NCBI GenBank assembly: GCA_964016885.1
Contig: OZ024755.1
Span: 33,294,001-33,358,000, forward strand
Length of the DNA: 64,000 bases
Origin: Eledone cirrhosa
Taxonomy: Eukaryota
Direction: 5' to 3'
Made by a program: the position numbers and the translations under genes. The notes below the pieces were generated by a model. It ran no database searches. It was not told the DNA's origin and worked only from the letters and a program-made list of their open reading frames with translations. This document shows positions 24,201 through 39,072 of this stretch, piece by piece (position 1 is the stretch's first letter; the number at the start of each line of letters is the position of its first letter).

Positions 24201-27200
24201 TGTGTTGTATGTAGCGTGGTATAAATGTAGTGTGTTGTATGTAGAGTGGTATTAATGTAGTGTGTTGTATGTAGAGTGGTATTAATGTAGTGTGTTGTAT
24301 GTAGTGTGGTATTAATGTAGTGTGTTGTATGTAGTGTGGTATTAATGTAGTGTGCTGTATGTAGAGTGGTATTAATGTAGTGTGGTATTAATGTAGTGTG
24401 TTGTATGTAGAGTGGTATTAATGTAGTGTGTTGTATGTAGCGTGGTATTAATGTAGTGTGCTGTATGTAGAGTGGTATTAATGTAGTGCTTGTATGTAGC
24501 GTGGTATTAATGTAGTGTGTTGTATGTAGTGTGGTATTAATGTAGTGTGTTGTATGTAGAGTGGTATTAATGTAGTGTGTTGTATGTACAGTGGTATTAA
24601 TGTAGTGTGGTATTAATGTAGTGTGTTGTATGTAGTGTGGTATTAATGTAGTGTGTTGTATGTAGAGTGGTATTAATGTAGTGTGTTGTATGTAGAGTGG
24701 TATTAATGTAGTGTGTTGTATGTAGAGTGGTATTAATGTAGTGTGTTGTATGTAGTGTGGTATTAATGTAGAGTGGTATTAATGTAGTGTGTTGTATGTA
24801 GAGTGGTATTAATGTAGTGTGTTGTATGTAGCGTGGTATTAATGTAGTGTGTTGTATGTAGAGTGGTATTAATGTAGTGCTTGTATGTAGCGTGGTATTA
24901 ATGTAGTGTGTTGTATGTAGAGTGGTATTAATGTAGTGTGTTGTATGTAGCGTGGTATTAATGTAGTGTGTTGTATGTAGAGTGGTATTAATGTAGTGTG
25001 TTGTATGTACAGTGGTATTAATGTAGTGTGGTATTAATGTAGTGTGTTGTATGTAGTGTGGTATTAATGTAGTGTGTTGTATGTAGTGTGGTATTAGTGT
25101 AGTGTGTTGTATGTAGAGTGGTATTAATGTAGTGTGTTGTATGTAGAGTGGTATTAATGTAGTGTGCTGTATGTAGAGTGGTATTAATGTAGTGTGTTGT
25201 ATGTAGTGTGGTATTAATGTAGTGTGCTGTATGTAGAGTGGTATTAATGTAGTGTGTTGTATGTAGTGTGGTATTAATGTAGTGTGTTGTATGTAGAGTG
25301 GTATTAATGTAGTGTGTTGTATGTAGTGTGGTATTAATGTAGTGTGTTGTATGTAGTGTGGTATTAATGTAGTGTGTTGTATGTAGTGTGGTATTAATGT
25401 AGTGTGTTGTATGTAGTGTGGTATTAATATAGTGTGTTGTATGTAGTGTGGTATTAATGTAGTGCTTGTATGTAGCGTGGTATTAATGTAGTGTGTTGTA
25501 GGTACAGTGGTATTAATGTAGTGTGGTATTAATGTAGTGTGTTGTATGTAGAGTGGTATTAATGTAGTGTGTTGTATGTAGTGTGGTATTAATGTAGTGT
25601 GTTGTATGTAGAGTGGTATTAATGTAGTGTGCTGTATGTAGAGTGGTATTAATGTAGTGTGTTGTATGTAGTGTGGTATTAATGTAGTGTGCTGTATGTA
25701 GAGTGGTATTAATGTAGTGTGTTGTATGTAGTGTGGTATTAATGTAGTGTGTTGTATGTAGTGTGGTATTAATGTAGTGTGCTGTATGTAGAGTGGTATT
25801 AATGTAGTGTGTTGTATGTAGTGTGGTATTAATGTAGTGTGTTGTATGTAGTGTGGTATTAATGTAGTGTGCTGTATGTAGAGTGGTATTAATGTAGTGT
25901 GGTATTAATGTAGTGTGTTGTATGTAGTGTGGTATTAATGTAGTGTGTTGTATGTAGAGTGGTATTAATGTAGTGTGTTGTATGTAGAGTGGTATTAATG
26001 TAGTGTGCTGTATGTAGAGTGGTATTAATGTAGTGTGGTATTAATGTAGTGTGTTGTATGTAGTGTGGTATTAATGTAGTGTGTTGTATGTAGAGTGGTA
26101 TTAATGTAGTGTGTTGTATGTAGTGTGGTATTAATGTAGTGTGCTGTATGTAGAGTGGTATTAATGTAGTGTGCTGTATGTAGAGTGGTATTAATGTAGT
26201 GTGCTGTATGTAGTGTGGTATTAATGTAGTGTGTTGTATGTAGTGTGGTATTAATGTAGTGTGTTGTATGTAGTGTGGTATTAATGTAGTGTGTTGTATG
26301 TACAGTGGTATTAATGTAGTGTGTTGTATGTAGTGTGGTATTAATGTAGTGTGTTGTATGTAGAGTGGTATTAATGTAGTGTGTTGTATGTAGTGTGGTA
26401 TTAATGTAGTGTGTTGTATGTAGAGTGGTATTAATGTAGTGTGTTGTATGTAGAGTGGTATTAATGTAGTGTGTTGTATGTAGAGTGGTATTAATGTAGT
26501 GTGTTGTATGTAGAGTGGTATTAATGTAGTGTGTTGTATGTAGAGTGGTATTAATGTAGTGTGGTATTAATGTAGTGTGGTATTAATGTAGTGTGTTGTA
26601 TGTACAGTGGTATTAATGTAGTGTGTTGTATGTAGTGTGGTATTAATGTAGTGTGTTGTATGTAGAGTGGTATTAATGTAGTGTGTTGTATGTAGAGTGG
26701 TATTAATGTAGTGTGTTGTATGTAGTGTGGTATTAATGTAGTGTGTTGTATGTAGTGTGGTATTAATGTAGTGTGTTGTATGTACAGTGGTATTAATGTA
26801 GTGTGTTGTATGTAGTGTGGTATTAATGTAGTGTGTTGTATGTAGAGTGGTATTAATGTAGTGTGTTGTATGTAGAGTGGTATTAATGTAGTGTGTTGTA
26901 TGTACAGTGGTATTAATGTAGTGTGTTGTATGTAGAGTGGTATTAATGTAGTGTGTTGTATGTAGAGTGGTATTAATGTAGTGTGGTATTAATGTAGTGT
27001 GTTGTATGTAGTGTGGTATTAGTGTAGTGTGTTGTATGTAGTGTGGTATTAGTGTAGTGTGTTGTATGTAGAGTGGTATTAATGTAGTGTGTTGTATGTA
27101 GAGTGGTATTAATGTAGTGTGGTATTAATGTAGTGTGTTGTATGTAGTGTGGTATTAGTGTAGTGTGTTGTATGTAGAGTGGTATTAATGTAGTGTGTTG

Positions 27201-30200
27201 TATGTAGAGTGGTATTAATGTAGTGTGTTGTATGTAGAGTGGTATTAATGTAGTGTGTTGTATGTACAGTGGTATTAATGTAGTGTGTTGTATGTAGTGT
27301 GGTATTAATGTAGTGTGTTGTATGTAGAGTGGTATTAATGTAGTGTGTTGTATGTACAGTGGTATTAATGTAGTGTGTTGTATGTACAGTGGTATTAATG
27401 TAGTGTGTTGTATGTAGTGTGGTATTAATGTAGTGTGTTGTATGTACAGTGGTATTAATGTAGTGTGTTGTATGTAGAGTGGTATTAATGTAGTGTGTTG
27501 TATGTAGAGTGGTATTAATGTAGTGTGTTGTATGTAGAGTGGTATTAATGTAGTGTGTTGTATGTAGAGTGGTATTAATGTAGTGTGTTGTATGTAGAGT
27601 GGTATTAATGTAGTGTGTTGTATGTAGAGTGGTATTAATGTAGTGTGTTGTATGTACAGTGGTATTAATGTAGTGTGTTGTATGTAGTGTGGTATTAATG
27701 TAGTGTGTTGTATGTAGAGTGGTATTAATGTAGTGTGTTGTATGTACAGTGGTATTAATGTAGTGTGTTGTATGTACAGTGGTATTAATGTAGTGTGTTG
27801 TATGTAGTGTGGTATTAATGTAGTGTGTTGTATGTAGAGTGGTATTAATGTAGTGTGTTGTATGTAGAGTGGTATTAATGTAGTGTGTTGTATGTACAGT
27901 GGTATTAATGTAGTGTGTTGTATGTAGTGTGGTATTAATGTAGTGTGTTGTATGTAGAGTGGTATTAAAGTAGTGTGTTGTATGTACAGTGGTATTAATG
28001 TAGTGTGTTGTATGTACAGTGGTATTAATGTAGTGTGTTGTATGTAGTGTGGTATTAATGTAGTGTGTTGTATGTAGTGTGGTATTAATGTAGTGTGTTG
28101 TATGTACAGTGGTATTAATGTAGTGTGGTATTAATGTAGTGTGTTGTATGTAGAGTGGTATTAATGTAGTGTGGTATTAATGTAGTGTGTTGTATGTAGA
28201 GTGGTATTAATGTAGTGTGGTATTAATGTAGTGTGTTGTATGTACAGTGGTATTAATGTAGTGTGGTATTAATGTAGTGTGTTGTATGTAGAGTGGTATT
28301 AATGTAGTGTGTTGTATGTACAGTGGTATTAATGTAGTGTGTTGTATGTAGAGTGGTATTAATGTAGTGTGTTGTATGTAGTGTGGTATTAATGTAGTGT
28401 GTTGTATGTACAGTGGTATTAATGTAGTGTGTTGTATGTAGAGTGGTATTAATGTAGTGTGTTGTATGTAGAGTGGTATTAATGTAGTGTGGTATTAATG
28501 TAGTGTGTTGTATGTAGTGTGGTATTAGTGTAGTGTGTTGTATGTAGTGTGGTATTAGTGTAGTGTGTTGTATGTAGAGTGGTATTAATGTAGTGTGTTG
28601 TATGTAGAGTGGTATTAATGTAGTGTGTTGTATGTAGTGTGGTATTAGTGTAGTGTGTTGTATGTAGAGTGGTATTAATGTAGTGTGTTGTATGTAGAGT
28701 GGTATTAATGTAGTGTGTTGTATGTACAGTGGTATTAATGTAGTGTGTTGTATGTAGCGTGGTATTAATGTAGTGTGTTGTATGTAGTGTGGTATTAATG
28801 TAGTGTGTTGTATGTAGAGTGGTATTAATGTAGTGTGTTGTATGTAGTGTGGTATTAATGTAGTGTGTTGTATGTAGAGTGGTATTAATGTAGTGTGTTG
28901 TATGTAGTGTGGTATTAATGTAGTGTGTTGTATGTAGAGTGGTATTAATGTAGTGTGTTGTATGTAGTGTGGTATTAATGTAGTGTGTTGTATGTACAGT
29001 GGTATTAATGTAGTGTGGTATTAATGTAGTGTGTTGTATGTAGAGTGGTATTAATGTAGTGTGTTGTATGTAGAGTGGTATTAATGTAGTGTGTTGTATG
29101 TAGAGTGGTATTAATGTAGTGTGTTGTATGTAGTGTGGTATTAATGTAGTGTGTTGTATGTACAGTGGTATTAATGTAGTGTGTTGTATGTAGTGTGGTA
29201 TTAATGTAGTGTGTTGTATGTAGAGTGGTATTAATGTAGTGTGTTGTATGTAGTGTGGTATTAATGTAGTGTGTTGTATGTACAGTGGTATTAATGTAGT
29301 GTGGTATTAATGTAGTGTGTTGTATGTAGAGTGGTATTAATGTAGTGTGTTGTATGTAGAGTGGTATTAATGTAGTGTGTTGTATGTAGAGTGGTATTAA
29401 TGTAGTGTGTTGTATGTAGTGTGGTATTAATGTAGTGTGTTGTATGTAGAGTGGTATTAATGTAGTGTGTTGTATGTAGTGTGGTATTAATGTAGTGTGT
29501 TGTATGTAGAGTGGTATTAATGTAGTGTGTTGTATGTAGTGTGGTATTAATGTAGTGTGTTGTATGTAGAGTGGTATTAATGTAGTGTGTTGTATGTAGT
29601 GTGGTATTAATGTAGTGTGTTGTATGTACAGTGGTATTAATGTAGTGTGGTATTAATGTAGTGTGTTGTATGTAGAGTGGTATTAATGTAGTGTGTTGTA
29701 TGTAGAGTGGTATTAATGTAGTGTGTTGTATGTAGAGTGGTATTAATGTAGTGTGTTGTATGTAGAGTGGTATTAATGTAGTGTGTTGTATGTAGAGTGG
29801 TATTAATGTAGTGTGGTATTAATGTAGTGCTTGTATGTAGCGTGGTATTAATGTAGTGTGTTGTATGTACAGTGGTATTAATGTAGTGTGGTATTAATGT
29901 AGTGTGTTGTATGTACAGTGGTATTAATGTAGTGTGGTATTAATGTAGTGTGTTGTATCTAGTGTGGTATTAATGTAGTGTGTTGTATGTAGTGTGGTAT
30001 TAATGTAGTGTGTTGTATGTAGTGTGGTATTAATGTAGTGTGTTGTATGTAGAGTGGTATTAATGTAGTGTGTTGTATGTAGAGTGGTATTAATGTAGTG
30101 TGTTGTATGTAGAGTGGTATTAATGTAGTGTGTTGTATGTAGAGTGGTATTAATGTAGTGTGCTGTATGTAGAGTGGTATTAATGTAGTGTGCTGTATGT

Positions 30201-33200
30201 AGAGTGGTATTAATGTAGTGTGTTGTATGTAGAGTGGTATTAATGTAGTGTGTTGTATGTAGAGTGGTATTAATGTAGTGTGTTGTATGTAGAGTGGTAT
30301 TAATGTAGTGTGTTGTATGTAGAGTGGTATTAATGTAGTGCTTGTATGTAGCGTGGTATTAATGTAGTGTGCTGTATGTAGTGTGGTATTAATGTAGTGT
30401 GTTGTATGTAGAGTGGTATTAATGTAGTGTGTTGTATGTAGTGTGGTATTAATGTAGTGTGTTGTATGTAGAGTGGTATTAATGTAGTGTGTTGTATGTA
30501 GTGTGGTATTAATGTAGTGTGTTGTATGTAGTGTGGTATTAATGTAGTGTGTTGTATGTAGAGTGGTATTAATGTAGTGTGTTGTATGTAGTGTGGTATT
30601 AATGTAGAGTGGTATTAATGTAGTGTGTTGTATGTAGTATGGTATTAATGTAGTGTGTTGTATGTAGAGTGGTATTAATGTAGAGTGGTATTAATGTAGT
30701 GTGTTGTATGTAGTGTGGTATTAATGTAGTGTGTTGTATGTAGTGTGGTATTAATGTAGTGTGTTGTATGTAGAGTGGTATTAATGTAGTGTGTTGTATG
30801 TAGAGTGGTATTAATGTAGTGTGTTGTATGTAGTGTGGTATTAATGTAGTGTGTTGTATGTAGAGTGGTATTAATGTAGTGTGTTGTATGTAGTGTGGTA
30901 TTAATGTAGTGTGTTGTATGTAGAGTGGTATTAATGTAGTGTGTTGTATGTAGAGTGGTATTAATGTAGTGTGTTGTACGTAGTGTGGTATTAATGTAGT
31001 GTGTTGTATGTAGTGTGGTATTAGTGTAGTGTGTTGTATGTAGTGTGGTATTAATGTAGTGTGTTGTATGTAGTGTGGTATTAATGTAGTGTGTTGTATG
31101 TAGTGTGGTATTAATGTAGTGTGTTGTATGTAGTGTGGTATTAATGTAGTGTGTTGTATGTAGTGTGGTATTAATGTAGTGTGTTGTAAGTAGTGTGGTA
31201 TTAATGTAGTGTGTTGTATGTAGTGTGGTATTAGTGTAGTGTGTTGTATCTAGTGTGGTATTAATGTAGAGTGGTATTAATGTAGTGTGTTGTATGTAGT
31301 GTGGTATTAATGTAGAGTGGTATTAATGTAGTGTGTTGTATGTAGTGTGGTATTAATGTAGTGTGTTGTATGTAGTGTGGTATTAATGTAGTGTGTTGTA
31401 TGTAGTGTGGTATTAGTGTAGTGTGTTGTATGTAGAGTGGTATTAATGTAGTGTGTTGTATGTAGTGTGGTATTAATGTAGTGTGTTGTATGTAGTGTGG
31501 TATTAATGTAGTGTGTTGTATGTAGTGTGGTATTAATGTAGTGTGTTGTATGTAGTGTGGTATTAATGTAGTGTGTTGTATGTAGTGTGGTATTAATGTA
31601 GTGTGTTGTATGTAGTGTGGTATTAATGTAGTGTGTTGTATGTAGAGTGGTATTAATGTAGTGTGTTGTATGTAGAGTGGTATTAATGTAGTGTGTTGTA
31701 TGTAGAGTGGTATTAATGTAGTGTGTTGTATGTAGTGTGGTATTAATGTAGTGCTTGTATGTAGCGTGGTATTAATGTAGTGTGTTGTATGTAGAGTGGT
31801 ATTAATGTAGTGTGTTGTATGTAGTGTGGTATTAATGTAGTGTGTTGTATGTAGTGTGGTATTAATGTAGTGTGTTGTATGTAGAGTGGTATTAATGTAG
31901 TGTGTTGTATGTAGAGTGGTATTAATGTAGTGTGTTGTATGTACAGTGGTATTAATGTAGTGTGTTGTATGTAGTGTGGTATTAATGTAGTGTGTTGTAT
32001 GTAGAGTGGTATTAATGTAGTGTGTTGTATGTAGAGTGGTATTAATGTAGTGTGTTGTATGTAGTGTGGTATTAATGTAGTGTGTTGTATGTAGAGTGGT
32101 ATTAATGTAGTGTGTTGTATGTAGTGTGGTATTAATGTAGTGTGTTGTATGTAGAGTGGTATTAATGTAGTGTGTTGTATGTAGAGTGGTATTAATGTAG
32201 TGTGTTGTATGTAGTGTGGTATTAATGTAGTGTGTTGTATGTAGAGTGGTATTAATGTAGTGTGTTGTATGTAGTGTGGTATTAATGTAGTGTGTTGTAT
32301 GTAGAGTGGTATTAATGTAGTGTGTTGTATGTAGTGTGGTATTAATGTAGTGTGTTGTATGTAGAGTGGTATTAATGTAGTGTGTTGTATGTAGAGTGGT
32401 ATTAATGTAGTGTGTTGTATGTAGTGTGGTATTAATGTAGTGTGTTGTATGTAGAGTGGTATTAATGTAGTGTGTTGTATGTAGTGTGGTATTAATGTAG
32501 TGTGTTGTATGTAGAGTGGTATTAATGTAGTGTGTTGTATGTAGTGTGGTATTAATGTAGTGTGTTGTATGTAGAGTGGTATTAATGTAGTGTGGTATTA
32601 ATGTAGTGTGTTGTATGTAGAGTGGTATTAATGTAGTGTGTTGTATGTAGAGTGGTATTAATGTAGTGTGTTGTATGTAGAGTGGTATTAATGTAGTGTG
32701 TTGTATGTAGAGTGGTATTAATGTAGTGTGTTGTATGTAGAGTGGTATTAATGTAGTGTGTTGTATGTAGAGTGGTATTAATGTAGTGTGTTGTATGTAG
32801 AGTGGTATTAATGTAGTGTGTTGTATGTAGTGTGGTATTAATGTAGTGTGTTGTATGTAGTGTGGTATTAATGTAGTGTGTTGTATGTAGAGTGGTATTA
32901 ATGTAGTGTGTTGTATGTAGAGTGGTATTAATGTAGTGTGTTGTATGTAGTGTGGTATTAATGTAGTGTGTTGTATGTAGTGTGGTATTAATGTAGTGTG
33001 TTGTATGTAGAGTGGTATTAATGTAGTGTGGTATTAATGTAGTGTGTTGTATGTAGAGTGGTATTAATGTAGTGTGGTATTAATGTAGTGTGTTGTATGT
33101 AGTGTGGTATTAATGTAGTGTGTTGTATGTAGAGTGGTATTAATGTAGTGTGGTATTAATGTAGTGTGTTGTATGTAGTGTGGTATTAATGTAGTGTGTT

Positions 33201-36200
33201 GTATGTAGAGTGGTATTAATGTAGTGTGGTATTAATGTAGTGTGTTGTATGTAGAGTGGTATTAATGTAGTGTGTTGTATGTACAGTGGTATTAATGTAG
33301 TGTGGTATTAATGTAGTGTGTTGTATGTAGAGTGGTATTAATGTAGTGTGTTGTATGTAGTGTGGTATTAATGTAGTGTGTTGTATGTAGAGTGGTATTA
33401 ATGTAGTGTGTTGTATGTAGTGTGGTATTAATGTAGTGTGTTGTATGTACAGTGGTATTAATGTAGTGTGGTATTAATGTAGTGTGTTGTATGTAGAGTG
33501 GTATTAATGTAGTGTGTTGTATGTAGTGTGGTATTAATGTAGTGTGTTGTATGTAGAGTGGTATTAATGTAGTGTGTTGTATGTAGAGTGGTATTAATGT
33601 AGTGTGTTGTATGTAGAGTGGTATTAATGTAGTGTGGTATTAATGTAGTGTGTTGTACGTAGTGTGGTATTAATGTAGTGTGTTGTATGTAGAGTGGTAT
33701 TAATGTAGTGTGTTGTATGTAGAGTGGTATTAATGTAGTGTGTTGTATGTAGTGTGGTATTAATGTAGTGTGTTGTATGTAGAGTGGTATTAATGTAGTG
33801 TGTTGTATGTAGCGTGGTATTAATGTAGTGTGTTGTATGTAGTGTGGTATTAATGTAGTGTGTTGTATGTAGAGTGGTATTAATGTAGTGTGTTGTATGT
33901 AGAGTGGTATTAATGTAGTGTGTTGTATGTAGAGTGGTATTAATGTAGTGTGTTGTATGTAGAGTGGTATTAATGTAGTGTGTTGTATGTAGAGTGGTAT
34001 TAATGTAGTGTGGTATTAATGTAGTGTGTTGTACGTAGTGTGGTATTAATGTAGTGTGTTGTATGTAGAGTGGTATTAATGTAGTGTGTTGTATGTAGAG
34101 TGGTATTAATGTAGTGTGTTGTATGTAGAGTGGTATTAATGTAGTGTGCTGTATGTAGAGTGGTATTAATGTAGTGTGTTGTATGTAGTGTGGTATTAAT
34201 GTAGTGTGTTGTATGTAGAGTGGTATTAATGTAGTGTGTTGTATGTAGTGTGGTATTAATGTAGTGTGTTGTATGTAGAGTGGTATTAATGTAGTGTGTT
34301 GTATGTAGAGTGGTATTAATGTAGTGTGTTGTATGTAGCGTGGTATTAATGTAGTGTGTTGTATGTAGTGTGGTATTAATGTAGTGTGTTGTATGTAGAG
34401 TGGTATTAATGTAGTGTGTTGTATGTAGAGTGGTATTAATGTAGTGTGGTATTAATGTAGTGTGTTGTATGTAGAGTGGTATTAATGTAGTGTGCTGTAT
34501 GTAGAGTGGTATTAATGTAGTGTGTTGTATGTAGTGTGGTATTAATGTAGTGTGTTGTATGTAGAGTGGTATAAATGTAGTGTGTTGTATGTAGTGTGGT
34601 ATTAATGTAGTGTGTTGTATGTAGAGTGGTATTAATGTAGTGTGTTGTATGTAGAGTGGTATTAATGTAGTGTGTTGTATGTAGCGTGGTATTAATGTAG
34701 TGTGTTGTATGTAGTGTGGTATTAATGTAGTGTGTTGTATGTAGAGTGGTATTAATGTAGTGTGTTGTATGTAGAGTGGTATTAATGTAGTGTGTTGTAT
34801 GTAGAGTGGTATTAATGTAGTGTGTTGTATGTAGAGTGGTATTAATGTAGTGTGTTGTATGTAGAGTGGTATTAATGTAGTGTGGTATTAATGTAGTGTG
34901 TTGTACGTAGTGTGGTATTAATGTAGTGTGTTGTATGTAGAGTGGTATTAATGTAGTGTGTTGTATGTAGAGTGGTATTAATGTAGTGTGTTGTATGTAG
35001 TGTGGTATTAATGTAGTGTGCTGTATGTAGAGTGGTATTAATGTAGTGTGTTGTATGTAGTGTGGTATTAATGTAGTGTGTTGTATGTAGAGTGGTATTA
35101 ATGTAGTGTGTTGTATGTAGTGTGGTATTAATGTAGTGTGTTGTATGTAGAGTGGTATTAATGTAGTGTGTTGTATGTAGAGTGGTATTAATGTAGTGTG
35201 GTATTAATGTAGTGTGTTGTACGTAGTGTGGTATTAATGTAGTGTGTTGTATGTAGTGTGGTATTAGTGTAGTGTGTTGTATGTAGAGTGGTATTAATGT
35301 AGTGTGTTGTATGTAGAGTGGTATTAATGTAGTGTGTTGTATGTAGTGTGGTATTAATGTAGTGTGTTGTATGTAGAGTGGTATTAATGTAGTGTGTTGT
35401 ATGTAGAGTGGTATTAATGTAGTGTGTTGTATGTAGTGTGGTATTAATGTAGTGTGTTGTATGTAGAGTGGTATTAATGTAGTGTGTTGTATGTAGAGTG
35501 GTATTAATGTAGTGTGGTATTAATGTAGTGTGTTGTATGTAGAGTGGTATTAATGTAGTGTGGTATTAGTGTAGTGTGTTGTATGTAGTGTGGTATTAAT
35601 GTAGTGTGTTGTATGTAGTGTGGTATTAATGTAGTGTGTTGTATGTAGAGTGGTATAAATGTAGTGTGTTGTATGTAGAGTGGTATTAATGTAGTGTGTT
35701 GTATGTAGAGTGGTATAAATGTAGTGTGTTGTATGTAGCGTGGTATTAATGTAGTGTGTTGTATGTAGAGTGGTATTAATGTAGTGTGTTGTATGTAGAG
35801 TGGTATTAATGTAGTGTGTTGTATGTAGAGTGGTATTAATGTAGTGTGTTGTATGTAGTGTGGTATTAATGTAGTGTGTTGTATGTAGAGTGGTATTAAT
35901 GTAGTGTGTTGTATGTAGTGTGGTATTAATGTAGTGTGCTGTATGTAGAGTGGTATTAATGTAGTGTGTTGTATGTAGAGTGGTATTAATGTAGTGTGTT
36001 GTATGTAGAGTGGTATTAATGTAGTGTGTTGTATGTAGAGTGGTATTAATGTAGTGTGTTGTATGTAGTGTGGTATAAATGTAGTGTGTTGTATGTAGCG
36101 TGGTATTAATGTAGTGTGTTGTATGTAGAGTGGTATTAATGTAGTGTGTTGTATGTAGAGTGGTATTAATGTAGTGTGTTGTATGTAGTGTGGTATTAAT

Positions 36201-37454
36201 GTTGTGTGTTGTACGTAGTGTGGTATTAATGTAGTGTGTTGTATGTAGAGTGGTATTAATGTAGTGTGCTGTATGTAGAGTGGTATTAATGTAGTGTGTT
36301 GTATGTAGAGTGGTATTAATGTAGTGTGTTGTATGTAGTGTGGTATTAATGTAGTGTGTTGTATGTAGAGTGGTATTAATGTAGTGTGTTGTATGTAGTG
36401 TGGTATTAATGTAGTGTGTTGTATGTAGTGTGGTATTAATGTAGTGTGTTGTATGTAGTGTGGTATTAATGTAGTGTGTTGTATGTAGTGTGGTATTAAT
36501 GTAGTGTGTTGTATGTAGTGTGGTATTAATGTAGTGTGTTGTATGTAGAGTGGTATTAATGTAGTGTGCTGTATGTAGTGTGGTATTAATGTAGTGTGTT
36601 GTATGTAGTGTGGTATTAATGTAGTGTGTTGTATGTAGTGTGGTATTAATGTAGTGTGTTGTATGTACAGTGGTATTAATGTAGTGTGTTGTACGTAGTG
36701 TAGTATTAATGTAGTGTGTTGTATGTAGAGTGGTATTAATGTAGTGTGCTGTATGTAGTGTGGTATTAATGTAGTGTGTTGTATGTAGAGTGGTATTAAT
36801 GTAGTGTGTTGTATGTAGTGTGGTATTAATGTAGTGTGTTGTATGTAGAGTGGTATTAATGTAGTGTGTTGTATGTAGAGTGGTATTAATGTAGTGTGTT
36901 GTATGTAGTGTGGTATTAATGTAGTGTGTTGTATGTAGAGTGGTATTAATGTAGTGTGTTGTATGTAGTGTGGTATTAATGTAGTGTGTTGTATGTAGAG
37001 TGGTATTAATGTAGTGTGGTATTAATGTAGTGTGTTGTATGTACAGTGGTATTAATGTAGTGTGTTGTACGTAGTGTAGTATTAATGTAGTGTGTTGTAT
37101 GTAGAGTGGTATTAATGTAGTGTGTTGTACGTAGTGTAGTATTAATGTAGTGTGTTGTACGTAGTGTAGTATTAATGTAGTGTGTTGTATGTAGTGTGGT
37201 ATTAATGTAGTGTGGTATTAATGTAGTGTGTTGTATGTACAGTGGTATTAATGTAGTGTGTTGTACGTAGTGTAGTATTAATGTAGTGTGTTGTATGTAG
37301 AGTGGTATTAATGTAGTGTGTTGTACGTAGTGTAGTATTAATGTAGTGTGTTGTACGTAGTGTAGTATTAATGTAGTGTGTTGTATGTAGTGTGGTATTA
37401 ATGTAGTGTGTTGTATGTAGTGTGGTATTAATGTAGTGTGTTGTATGTACAGTG
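18222..37454 (+). repeat. ~19.2-kb satellite, 30-bp unit GTAGTGTGTTGTAT-GTAG(T/A/C)GTGGTATTAAT (~640 units)
   Basis: Direct reading; 14+16-bp subunits sharing GTAGTGTG; frequent extra 16-mers. Confidence 0.98.
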
Positions 37455-38069
37455 TAATGATGTGTATGTATGTGAACAGTCATAGGATGTGTATGTATGT
37501 GAGCAGAATATGTTGTATGGTAGTTGTATGTATGTGTATGAACAGCAGTGTATGTATGTGAACAGTAATGTATATATATATGAGCAGTATGTGTTATATG
37601 GTAATAATATGTATGCAAGATATGTATGTGTATGAGTAGTGTGCGTTGTATAAAACTAAGTGCTTGTATGTATGCATGCATGTATGTATGAAAAGAGTTG
37701 TAATGTGTATATACGTGTATGAAGTGTATAGTTTGTGATGAATATATAGCATGTGTGAACATTAGAGTGTGTGTATATCTAAGAAGGTCCATATTAAATA
37801 AATCAATTTATCCTATATATTAAGCTAGAATAACAGTAACTCCTGACAGGTACGTATCCAACTTTAATGAATTATACAAGATCTGTAAAGAGGTAAAGTT
37901 CTATGTAAAATGCAGCTTACATACATTTGATAAATTCATATTTGAAATTCTCTTTGCTCAGCAGCTGCTTTAGAAATTACTATACGGAAACAGAATAGAA
38001 ATTACTATACTTCTTAAATATATGTACTTTTGATTGTCAACTTTATACCTTAATAATAGATTTAGATAT

Positions 38070-39030
38070 AAATGTGTGTGTATATTACTTAATCACTTAT
38101 TTAAATGTGTGTATATATATTACTTAATAACTTATTTAAATGTGTGTATAAATATTACTTAATAACTTATTTAAATGTGTGTATATATATTACTTAATAA
38201 CTTATTTAAATGTGTGTATATATATTACTTAATAACTTATTTAAATGTGTGTATATATATTACTTAATAACTTATTTAAATGTGTGTATATATATTACTT
38301 AACTGATTTAAATGTGTGTGTGTATATTACTTAACTTATTTAAATGTGTATATATATTACTTAATAACTTATTTAAATGTGTGTATATATATTACTTAAT
38401 AACTTATTTAAATGTGTGTATATATATTACTTAATAGCTTATTTAAATGTGTGTATGTATATTACTTAATAACTTATTTAAATGTGTGTGTATATTACTT
38501 AATAACTTATTTAAATGTGTGTATATATATTACTTAATAACTTATTTAAATGTGTGTATATATATTACTTAACTTATTTAAATGTGTGTGTATATTACTT
38601 AACTTATTTAAATGTGTGTATATATATTACTTAATAACTTATTTAAATGTGTGTATAAATATTACTTAATAACTTATTTAAATGTGTGTGTATATTACTT
38701 AATAACTTATTCAAATGTGTGTGTATATTACTTAATAACTTATTCAAATGTGCGTGTATATTACTTAATAACTTATTTAAATGTGTGTATATATATTACT
38801 TAATAACTTATTCAAATGTGTGTATATATATTACTTAATAACTTATTCAAATGTGCATGTATATTACTTAATAACTTATTTAAATGTGTGTATATATATT
38901 ACTTAATAACTTATTCAAATGTGTGTGTATATTACTTAATAACTTATTTAAATGTGTATGTATATTACTTAATAACTTATTCAAATGTGTGTGTATATTA
39001 CTTAATAACTTATTTAAATGTGTGTGTGTA
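38070..39030. repeat. AT-rich minisatellite, 30-35-bp unit AAATGTGTGTATATATATTACTTAATAACTTATTT (~28 copies)
   Basis: Direct reading. Confidence 0.95.
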
Positions 39031-39072
39031 TATCATCATTATGATGGTTATGATGTTGATACACAATATATA

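Noticed and set aside
18222-37454. CRISPR array or telomere
   Set aside because: No unique spacers or cas genes, eukaryotic context, no TTAGGG, and the array is internal with unique flanks
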